A stretch of 64,000 bases of DNA from Bacteroidota bacterium (GTDB lineage Bacteria > Bacteroidota > Bacteroidia > AKYH767-A > OLB10). The stretch spans positions 11,112-75,111 of the forward strand of contig CANGJU010000001.1 in NCBI GenBank assembly GCA_947453935.1, in the 5' to 3' direction. The notes below the pieces were generated by a model, which was not told where the DNA came from, ran no database searches, and was given only the letters and a program-made list of their open reading frames with translations. Numbering within the stretch: the stretch's first letter is position 1; each line of letters opens with the position of its first letter. Shown here one piece after another: positions 8,254 to 16,605 of the stretch. The position numbers were made by a program, and so were the translations under genes.

Positions 8254-11200
8254 ATGAATAAAGATACATCTATTAAAGAGTTGAATAGTGAGATGTATTG
8301 GAAATGTACACGAGTATCAGGTTCTTCAGTCCCTTACTTAACACTTTATTGGAATGAAAATAATATCATATTTGCAAAACCTGCAAACTGTAAAGTTTCG
8401 GCATGGAATAATAATAAATGGAAAGATAATGGGTTAACCAGTAGTTCGGGTAATGCACTGATTGGATCCATTACATGTCCATTTGATGTAACTTCAAGTT
8501 ATTATACTGTTGGGAGAATAAATGATACAACATCGGTTACAGATCAAAAATTTCTTAAAGATGTTGCATTGCTTGGATTGGATTCAATTATTACCAAGGA
8601 AACATTAGTTGTTAATGGCAAACTAGTCTACAATAAAAACCTGCCTAATGTTAATTGTATTGATACAATATTTTGGAAATCATCAATTGGAGATTCTATA
8701 ATAAGCGAGTATTCAAATGCTATCGCCACTTTAAAAGGGAAAGATTATTTTGGTTCAATTAATTTGGATGGAGACACAATTTACGGTGGTGGTTTTTATA
8801 AGTTAAATACTAAAGAGTTTGTGAAAGGTTTAACACTTTTTGGTGATTCAACTACTAAATATTATTTCAAATCTGATTCTTTACTTAATTTTCGTAAAGG
8901 CGCAGCAATAATATTTGAAGGTGTTTTAGAAGAAAATGTTACTTGGTGCTTGAATGAACTTAATATAGATTCTCTTACAGAAATACATGGAGTATTCTTC
9001 GCCAATAGTTTTACATCTTATAAATACAATAGTGGTAAAATTCAACTTTTCGTTCAACATAAGGTTAATTTTAATAACGAAAATAATTTTAATGATTATA
9101 TTCATATTGTTAATAAAGTTAATCTCAATAGTTTGCGATATAGTATTCCCATTAATCCTCAAATTTGGTGTGCTGAATGCATTTTTAATCCTGGTTTAGA
9201 GTTAGGCAATATGCCTACTAATTTTGGACAAATAAATTCTGCGATTGGTTGGGGGAATATACGTAACTTAAATTGCAGCGCAATTGGTGGTAATACTCCA
9301 GATTTGATGGATGTTACATTTTTCCCTAGTGCTTATTCTTGCACTTCACAAACAACTGGTGTAGGTATTCCAGTGAATTTTGCAAGTAGTGTAGTAAATG
9401 TTAATACAATTAATACACCTAATAGAAGATACATGCATATGATAAACGGTGAATCTGCTGATATGTCAATAATTAATTCAAGTTTGACAAACAAAAAATA
9501 TCTACTCGACTATTATTACGCTTTCTCTAATTGTAACGGGCCATCTGTTTCGGGGGCTCAAACTTGGATTTCTTGTATATCCTTATCTTCTAATACTAAC
9601 TTTACTCCCAGTTTAGGCGGATTTAATTATGATCAAAGTAATGGTTTAGGCGTTTGGAGGCATGCATTTAGTTGTTTGGATTTGTATAGTTTGCCAAATC
9701 CAATAAATACTTATAATAAGTTGTCAATTACTGGATTAATTAATCAAAATCAACCCGCTGATATTTTTCTTGATGATTTTAGCTTGGTTCAACTTGCTAG
9801 AAATGCAGGTTCCGATACTATTGTTTGTTCAGGCACAACGGGAGTTCAAATCGGTATACCAACATTTTGTTTAGGAAGTAAGCCAGATTTGATAGTTTCA
9901 TATTCATGGACCTCAGTCCCAAATTATAATTTTACATCTGGTCAAAATACTAATCCCTATATAATTGTTAAACCTACAGTTTCTACAGTTTTTCGACTTA
10001 CAACCACAATTCAATACACTGATGGTAATCAAAATATCGTTACTTGCTCTGATTTTGATGATATAAACGTTCAAGTTTCAAATTTATCTGGACAAATTAC
10101 GGTAAATCAAGATCCATGTACTGCTATACAGGCTCAATTAACTGTAATGCAAACTAATGGCATAGCACCATATTCATATTTATGGAGTAACGGCTCCGTT
10201 GGTAATATGACAACAGTAAATACAAATGGAGTTTATTCTGTAACAATAACTGATGCTACAGGTTGTTCGTCTGTGGTTTCTCAAAATATAGTAATTACTA
10301 ATTTTCAAGTTATTCCTTCAAATGCATTAGGTTCTTGCATTGGTCAAAATACAGGTCAAATATCAATAACTACAATTGGTGGCTTAAGTAACTATTCATA
10401 TAATTGGACATGTGGCGCTTTAAGTGGTGGTGGTACCAGTTCTCAGCCTAATTGGACAATATTCAATCTTCCAAATGGTAATATAACAATTAACATATCA
10501 AGCTCTAGTGGTTGCTCTAAGACTATTTCTGTTGTGTTAGTGCCCAGCGTTATTGTTGCTCCAATCCCAATAATCAATGGTGAAATTTCAGAATGTTCAC
10601 CTAATGATTTATATGAGGTTACTAATGTAGTTTCTGGAGCACAGTATAATTATATAATTACATTTAGTAACCTGACTACAGTTACGGGTTCGGGTACAAG
10701 TGTAACAATCAATAGTAATACATATTCCTTATCGTCAGCTGGTTTTAATGTTACTTTTATAGCAAATCAAGGTACTACCTGTGAAGTTTCATCCAATTTG
10801 CAAGTATATAGTTGTTGCGAAGGAGGACCTAATTTAAATAATAATATTAATACAAATTATCCGACACTAACATTTAACAATATGTCAGCGTCTCAATTAT
10901 TATTAATATCTGATTTAAATGGGTATGTTTCGCAATTGAATGGGCCAAATAATTCTCCTTATGTAGTCTTAACTTCTAAAAGCGCTAGTGCGCAAAATAT
11001 TGAAAAATTTGCAATTAATGGTACTTTTAGTGTTGATCAAAACATGGTCATAAGTTTTGCAGAAATATTAATGGGACCGAACGCAAAATTTGTTTTGCAG
11101 CCAAATGTGGCTTTAATAATTCAAGATGATGTTTATATGCATGATTGCGGATATATGTGGGATGGTATTTATCTAACAAATTCATCACCATCAAGTTTTA

Positions 11201-13569
11201 TGTATTCTCAACAATTACTGTATATTGAAGGTTCGAAGAATGGTGTAGTTGTATCAAGAGAAAATGAAGTACACTTAGAAAAAACCACATTTAATCAAAA
11301 TTTATGTGCAATTCAAATTTTAAATTCTTCAAATAATGGAAGTACGTTTACAGGTTGTAAATTTGAATCTGTTAGTAATTTATTTACTGCCCCATTTACA
11401 ACTAATACATTAATTAATCCGAGTCCAACATATTCAGTTATTAATACTCCCCCAATTTCCCAGCAGCAAAATGTGAGAGGAAAAGGATTTTCTGTTTTAA
11501 ATTGCTTCAATACTCAAGGAGGTTTTGGTTTGCAAATAGGACATTCATCTTTAAGTTTGCAAGCTCCTATGTCATCAAATTTTGGTTGTGTTACTTGTCC
11601 TCCCAATGAGTTTATTAATCTTGATAATGGTATTGTTGCTAAAGATGCTCAAATTAAAATTGTAAATAATAAATTTGTTCATATTGATGATTTAATATCT
11701 AATACCATTGCTGGTTCAGGTATTGTTAAAGTTGGTACAGCAGTACATATATCTGGTAGCCCTTCTCCAATAAGTAATAGTAAAATTGTGGTTGGTGGTT
11801 CGAATAATTCAGTATTTAATTTGAATAATTTAAAAAATTATTTTACAAATTGTAAAAATGGAATTTATACTGGACCATATACGGAAGTAGATATTTCTTA
11901 TAATCAATTTGAAAATATATATATCAATGCTATTCATAATTTTTACCCAACAACAAATGTAAATATGGTTGATTTTACAACAAAAATAAACAACAATAGA
12001 TTTCTAAATTGTAATAGGGCAATTATGTCATATAATTTGTTTTCGCGAAGCGGTCAATTACATGAAATAAAAAGTAATTATTATTTTTGGGGAAATTTAA
12101 CAATCCCATTAGCTCCTTTGAATTATAGCCCTTATCGTCAATTCTTAAGTGTTCAAAATACAAACAATACTGCTTTAAATATTGAAGTTTCGGAAAATTA
12201 TATTAGCAATGCACATACAGCTTTTTCTTTTATAGGTGTTGCCGGTAATTCACCTAATTATGCGAAAGTTGAAAATAATACAATTACGCTTGCAGGCTAT
12301 CCACTTGGCACTTATGCTGCTGAATATGGAATCAGAACAATGGTTTCACGAAATCTTTCTTTCAATCAAAATACAATTTCTGGAACTACACCTATGAATG
12401 TATTTCAACGCGGCATCAGTAATGAAACTGGTCAAGGATATATTGAATATAAAAACAATAATTTATTGCATTTAGGTGCAGGAATACGTGCTTATAATAG
12501 TATGGTTACACTTGGTTTGTATTGTAACATCATGGATCATGATTACGTAGGATTTGTGAATGATGGGAGCAACGTAGGGCAACAAGGTAATACATCTAAT
12601 ACAAACGATAACCAATGGACTAATAATTATTATTATGATGAATTTGCTAATGGTCAATATTTTTATAGCAATTGGTATCTGAGAAGTTTTCCTAATAGTT
12701 ATCAACCAATTGTATTGCCTTTAAACATAAATTTGTCAATATTTAAAAATTTAGTCAATAATATTAATATTACAAACTGTACTAACCCATGTTTATCACC
12801 TTCACAATGTAGGTTAAGTTATTATATTGACAAAATTTATGCTATCGATACATCCAACTTTTATTCGTTAGAACAAAAATATTTGGTACAATCAAGTTTA
12901 TATGAAGAATTAATGGCAGAAGGAATTGATACGATAGTTGTTCAGGATTCCCTTTTTATTGCATTTAAAGACAGCATGTCGAATTCCAATGCGACAAAGC
13001 TTAATTCAATTGACGAAGTAGCAAGTATGATTAGTGTTAATACCGCAGAAACAATAAATGATAATATAACGCCAGGTAATAATAGTGAGTCTAACTTGAA
13101 AGTATTTAATGATGTATATTTGGAAACATGGGCTCGTGAAAATTACGAATTGACACCAGCACAAATTGAAATTTTAACTTCAATTGCAATACAAAATCCA
13201 GTGGAAGGAGGTGTGGCCGTTTATTTAGCTCGAATACTTTTAGATATTTTTATTGATGATGAATTGCCAGAAAGTCAAGCTAGATTATTATCAATAAACT
13301 CAGAAAGTAAAAAGCTAAAATTACTAAACTGCAAATTGATCCAAAATCCTATTGAAAACGATATCAGAATTAATTGTACAGACGATATTAAATCTGTAAA
13401 TTCTGTTAATTTATATAATAGTTTAGGTCAATTAGTCGCAAGTTGGCATAATCTATTTGCAAATAACGGTTTACTCGAACTTTCGGTAAATGGGTTAACT
13501 CAAGGATTTTATAACATCGTTTTAATAAGTGATAATAGTGTGTATAACGATAAAATATTTATAAAATGA
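8254..13569 (+). CDS. Giant T9SS cargo protein (~1770-1890 aa), Ig-like/beta-helix-type repeats, Por C-terminal sorting domain
   Basis: Continuous ORF open from 7897. The first ATG after the duplication boundary is 8254. C-terminal T9SS tail (...GFYNIVLISDNSVYNDKIFIK). No clear signal peptide was found, so the true start is uncertain. Confidence 0.55.
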   Translation: MNKDTSIKELNSEMYWKCTRVSGSSVPYLTLYWNENNIIFAKPANCKVSAWNNNKWKDNGLTSSSGNALIGSITCPFDVTSSYYTVGRINDTTSVTDQKFLKDVALLGLDSIITKETLVVNGKLVYNKNLPNVNCIDTIFWKSSIGDSIISEYSNAIATLKGKDYFGSINLDGDTIYGGGFYKLNTKEFVKGLTLFGDSTTKYYFKSDSLLNFRKGAAIIFEGVLEENVTWCLNELNIDSLTEIHGVFFANSFTSYKYNSGKIQLFVQHKVNFNNENNFNDYIHIVNKVNLNSLRYSIPINPQIWCAECIFNPGLELGNMPTNFGQINSAIGWGNIRNLNCSAIGGNTPDLMDVTFFPSAYSCTSQTTGVGIPVNFASSVVNVNTINTPNRRYMHMINGESADMSIINSSLTNKKYLLDYYYAFSNCNGPSVSGAQTWISCISLSSNTNFTPSLGGFNYDQSNGLGVWRHAFSCLDLYSLPNPINTYNKLSITGLINQNQPADIFLDDFSLVQLARNAGSDTIVCSGTTGVQIGIPTFCLGSKPDLIVSYSWTSVPNYNFTSGQNTNPYIIVKPTVSTVFRLTTTIQYTDGNQNIVTCSDFDDINVQVSNLSGQITVNQDPCTAIQAQLTVMQTNGIAPYSYLWSNGSVGNMTTVNTNGVYSVTITDATGCSSVVSQNIVITNFQVIPSNALGSCIGQNTGQISITTIGGLSNYSYNWTCGALSGGGTSSQPNWTIFNLPNGNITINISSSSGCSKTISVVLVPSVIVAPIPIINGEISECSPNDLYEVTNVVSGAQYNYIITFSNLTTVTGSGTSVTINSNTYSLSSAGFNVTFIANQGTTCEVSSNLQVYSCCEGGPNLNNNINTNYPTLTFNNMSASQLLLISDLNGYVSQLNGPNNSPYVVLTSKSASAQNIEKFAINGTFSVDQNMVISFAEILMGPNAKFVLQPNVALIIQDDVYMHDCGYMWDGIYLTNSSPSSFMYSQQLLYIEGSKNGVVVSRENEVHLEKTTFNQNLCAIQILNSSNNGSTFTGCKFESVSNLFTAPFTTNTLINPSPTYSVINTPPISQQQNVRGKGFSVLNCFNTQGGFGLQIGHSSLSLQAPMSSNFGCVTCPPNEFINLDNGIVAKDAQIKIVNNKFVHIDDLISNTIAGSGIVKVGTAVHISGSPSPISNSKIVVGGSNNSVFNLNNLKNYFTNCKNGIYTGPYTEVDISYNQFENIYINAIHNFYPTTNVNMVDFTTKINNNRFLNCNRAIMSYNLFSRSGQLHEIKSNYYFWGNLTIPLAPLNYSPYRQFLSVQNTNNTALNIEVSENYISNAHTAFSFIGVAGNSPNYAKVENNTITLAGYPLGTYAAEYGIRTMVSRNLSFNQNTISGTTPMNVFQRGISNETGQGYIEYKNNNLLHLGAGIRAYNSMVTLGLYCNIMDHDYVGFVNDGSNVGQQGNTSNTNDNQWTNNYYYDEFANGQYFYSNWYLRSFPNSYQPIVLPLNINLSIFKNLVNNINITNCTNPCLSPSQCRLSYYIDKIYAIDTSNFYSLEQKYLVQSSLYEELMAEGIDTIVVQDSLFIAFKDSMSNSNATKLNSIDEVASMISVNTAETINDNITPGNNSESNLKVFNDVYLETWARENYELTPAQIEILTSIAIQNPVEGGVAVYLARILLDIFIDDELPESQARLLSINSESKKLKLLNCKLIQNPIENDIRINCTDDIKSVNSVNLYNSLGQLVASWHNLFANNGLLELSVNGLTQGFYNIVLISDNSVYNDKIFIK

Positions 13570-14564
13570 AAAAATACTTAATCATTTTGTTTGTTTTGGT
13601 TTTCGCACAGCCATACATTGGTTTAGCCCAAATTAACCTTGTACCCAACCCTTCTTTTGAAGATACGGTAGATTGTCTTACCAGTGGATTAGGAGGGATA
13701 AATAGTAATAAATGCTTGTATTGGTATTCCTTTCGTTCTAGCCCAGATTATTGGACAGAATGCTCCAATTATGATCAAATTCCTAATATTGGAGCTACTT
13801 ATCAATATGCTCATTCTGGTAATAAAATGATAGGATTTGCCACTTATACAACTCCAATTGCAATACCTGGACTTTTTCGTGAAATTCCGGGCGTTGATTT
13901 AATTCAACCAACTATATCAGGGCAACGCTATTATTTTTCAATGTTTATAAATCAATGCTATAACAACAAACCACTATGGTATTGTTCACTAGGTTCAAAT
14001 AGAATGGGAGTAAAGCTAACAAATACATATTACATTCAAGGCGCTCCCATTAATAATAATGCGGATTATGTTGATACTATTTTTCATACTGATACATTAA
14101 ATTGGACTAAAATTAGTGGTTCATTTATCTCCAACGGAAGTTTTACTAAATTGATGATTGGTAATTTCTTTGATGATGCTCATACAGATACAATAAATTT
14201 AGATAATGATAGTGTTACCTATCAACTTGCTATCGCTTATTATTTAGTTGATGATGTTTGTTTATCAACTGATTCTATATACGCTGCAACGTGGACAGGA
14301 ATAAAGGAAAATCAATTAAGTCAACTACCAATTTCTTTATCGCCAAATCCAACAAATAGTTCAATAACCATCAATGGTTTAATTTCACCATTCTCGGAAT
14401 TTAGAATAATCGATGTTCAAGGAAAAGTTTTGCAAAATCAAAATTTGAAACCTAATTCAACAAATTCATTAAATATTGATGTTTCCTCTTTACCAACGAA
14501 TATGTACATTATTCAGTTTATTTCTGCTAACGAAATTGTGTGTAAGAAATTCATTAAAGAGTGA
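13566..14564 (+). CDS. T9SS C-terminal sorting domain cargo protein
   Basis: ATGA start/stop overlap with the giant gene. Signal peptide MKKYLIILFVLVFAQPYIGLAQ. Por tail at C-terminus. Confidence 0.7.
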   Translation: MKKYLIILFVLVFAQPYIGLAQINLVPNPSFEDTVDCLTSGLGGINSNKCLYWYSFRSSPDYWTECSNYDQIPNIGATYQYAHSGNKMIGFATYTTPIAIPGLFREIPGVDLIQPTISGQRYYFSMFINQCYNNKPLWYCSLGSNRMGVKLTNTYYIQGAPINNNADYVDTIFHTDTLNWTKISGSFISNGSFTKLMIGNFFDDAHTDTINLDNDSVTYQLAIAYYLVDDVCLSTDSIYAATWTGIKENQLSQLPISLSPNPTNSSITINGLISPFSEFRIIDVQGKVLQNQNLKPNSTNSLNIDVSSLPTNMYIIQFISANEIVCKKFIKE

Positions 14565-14692
14565 TTAAAAGTTCGATTTAGTTATTTTTGCAAACATTTA
14601 ATATCAACCAAAACTGAATTTATTTTTTCGATTTAAATTTTTGTTTATTCCACTATTAAATAGGAGTAATTTTTAATGAGAAACAATAGGCC

Positions 14693-14716
14693 CAGACTTA
14701 ATTAAGTCTTTTTCCT
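14693..14716 (+). terminator. Terminator candidate
   Basis: Perfect 16-nt palindrome AGACTTAATTAAGTCT followed by TTTTT. Confidence 0.4.
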
Positions 14717-15089
14717 AAATTATTGCCTTACTATATTCTAATATCCCATTTTAACATGAAAATTTCAATTGGTAAGATACAGCATCAGTAATAAATAATA
14801 ATGGATGCCCATTGTTTTCTATTGCCTATCATTATTTCGTAGTACTGATATTGGTAAAGTAAGTAAGATGGGAATAAGAAGAAAATAAATAGGGTACAGC
14901 ATGAATTAAGTGAAGGCATAAGAAAGGCACTTAACTGGCAATCACCTAAAAAAGTGTTGGCACAAGAGATACTAAATCTTTCTAATTAATAATATTGGTT
15001 TTAATACTACTAATTTCATATGCTTGATTATACAAAAAAAGTGCACTAAAATATTGAACCGAATAAATCAAATTGTCAAATTTCCAATC

Positions 15090-15370
15090 GCAATTCTGAT
15101 TCCTCGGGAAGTGATCAAATCGTCATATCAATTAAACGTTTGTAAATGCGTATCAACCGTATAATTATTTCCAGATGTTTAAATTTACTGCGGTCCCGAG
15201 GTTTTCTCGGGATTCGGTGGGGCTGTTGTCCCCCCATAGTGTTGAGAGATTGTTTTTTTAGTTCGAGGCCTCGCTAATTGCTAATGAAATACATTAAATT
15301 TATTTAGCATATTCACACATCGTGATCCCAGCCCGAGGAATCGGGATCGCAATGCGAGCTCATTAATATT
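15090..15370. other. GC-rich structured non-coding island in an 880-bp gene-free convergent spacer (possible sRNA or repeat element)
   Basis: Local GC spikes with hairpins TCCCGAGGTTTTCTCGGGA, TGGGGCTGTTGTCCCCCCA, CGAGGCCTCG, GATCCCAGCCCGAGGAATCGGGATC. No ORF of 60 aa or more. Confidence 0.35.
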
Positions 15371-15371
15371 T

Positions 15372-15412
15372 TTTTGCATAAAAAAGGGGCATGAGGCCCC
15401 TTGATATTTTTG
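15372..15412. terminator. Bidirectional rho-independent terminator (shared module)
   Basis: AAAAAAGGGGCATGAGGCCCCTTGATATTTTTG. Hairpin flanked by an A-run and a T-run. 30 nt downstream of the 384-aa gene stop. Confidence 0.6.
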
Positions 15413-15442
15413 AAAAACTAATTATTTATTTATTTTTAATAA

Positions 15443-16597
15443 TCACTCCAACACTATTTTTTTACTGGTTATTATTTTGCCATTTTCTTGAAGATTGACC
15501 AGGTAAACCCCACGCGACCAAGTAGAGCAGTTAATAGTGTTATAATTAATTGCAGCCGAAGAATAAATAAGTTGCCCTTGTGAATTAACAACTTTTATTT
15601 GAGCTTGCGCCGAAGTTTTATAGGGCAAATAAACTGTGAAATTAGAACTGGCAGGGTTGGGGTACACTGACAAATCCTTTAGAGCGGAAGGTATTTCATT
15701 TACGCTTACTAAGGAGCCATTGATGCAGGTTGCCATAGTTTTTCTATTTGTAGGTGCAATAAAATTAATGGGAGGTTCTCGAACTACTGTGTCATTTATA
15801 ATTGCGAAGGGAATTAAATCAGTAGGAGACGGCCCATTGGAGGCATCAGTCCCTACATAAATTTTATTGTTCATTATAAACATCCCGTGAGCACCAAATA
15901 GGTCACAATAAAAATTCAATGGATAGTCATGAATTAAATTACCCATTTCATCGATGCATCTTAAGTTGGTAGCAACCCAATAACCACTGCTGTTACCAAT
16001 GTGATCAAAAAACCAAATTTGATTTAAATTATCGATTGCCAATTGAGTAATAATATATTCATTTGGATTCCATGGATAAATGATAGTATCCGCAATTTGA
16101 TTCAAATTATTATATTTTAATCGTACTAAATCTACTTCCCACCCACCACTAGCGATAGGTGAAGAAGCTGCAGCAACAATAAAATTGTCATTACCTGTCA
16201 TTGAGCCACAAGGGAAATTCAAATTGACATTAATTGTATCCCAATTATTTAAATTGGTATTAAACCTCCTTAAATAACTAGTATCCAAATCATAAAAAGT
16301 CCTACATGCACTTGGGTATTCTAAATTTACGAGAGCTAAATTTGGAGAATATGGTGCGATACTTGTTTTATTTAATGTAACCAAAGAAATTGTATTATTT
16401 ACCAGGGTATATTCTGCTATTCTGAATGAGTCAACTGGCGGACCAAGATAATATTTTAGCCAAAATGTATTTGGATTGCAGGGTATATTGAAACATGCAG
16501 CAGTATCATTTACTTTATTAGCAGATGTTTGCCCGTATATATTTATATTGACAATTATCACAAATATAATTGTCAAATAATGTTTTATATTTTTCAT
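15443..16597 (-). CDS. T9SS C-terminal sorting domain cargo protein
   Basis: Signal peptide MKNIKHYLTIIFVIIVNINIYGQ. Por tail (...LVNLQENGKIITSKKIVLE). Confidence 0.7.
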   Translation of the reverse strand: MKNIKHYLTIIFVIIVNINIYGQTSANKVNDTAACFNIPCNPNTFWLKYYLGPPVDSFRIAEYTLVNNTISLVTLNKTSIAPYSPNLALVNLEYPSACRTFYDLDTSYLRRFNTNLNNWDTINVNLNFPCGSMTGNDNFIVAAASSPIASGGWEVDLVRLKYNNLNQIADTIIYPWNPNEYIITQLAIDNLNQIWFFDHIGNSSGYWVATNLRCIDEMGNLIHDYPLNFYCDLFGAHGMFIMNNKIYVGTDASNGPSPTDLIPFAIINDTVVREPPINFIAPTNRKTMATCINGSLVSVNEIPSALKDLSVYPNPASSNFTVYLPYKTSAQAQIKVVNSQGQLIYSSAAINYNTINCSTWSRGVYLVNLQENGKIITSKKIVLE

Positions 16598-16605
16598 CGT
16601 TTGAA

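Noticed and set aside
8926-9199. Small ORFs on both strands inside the giant gene (78 aa and 70 aa)
   Set aside because: They are low-complexity AT-rich translations (Ile/Asn/Phe-rich) nested in a long, well-supported ORF.
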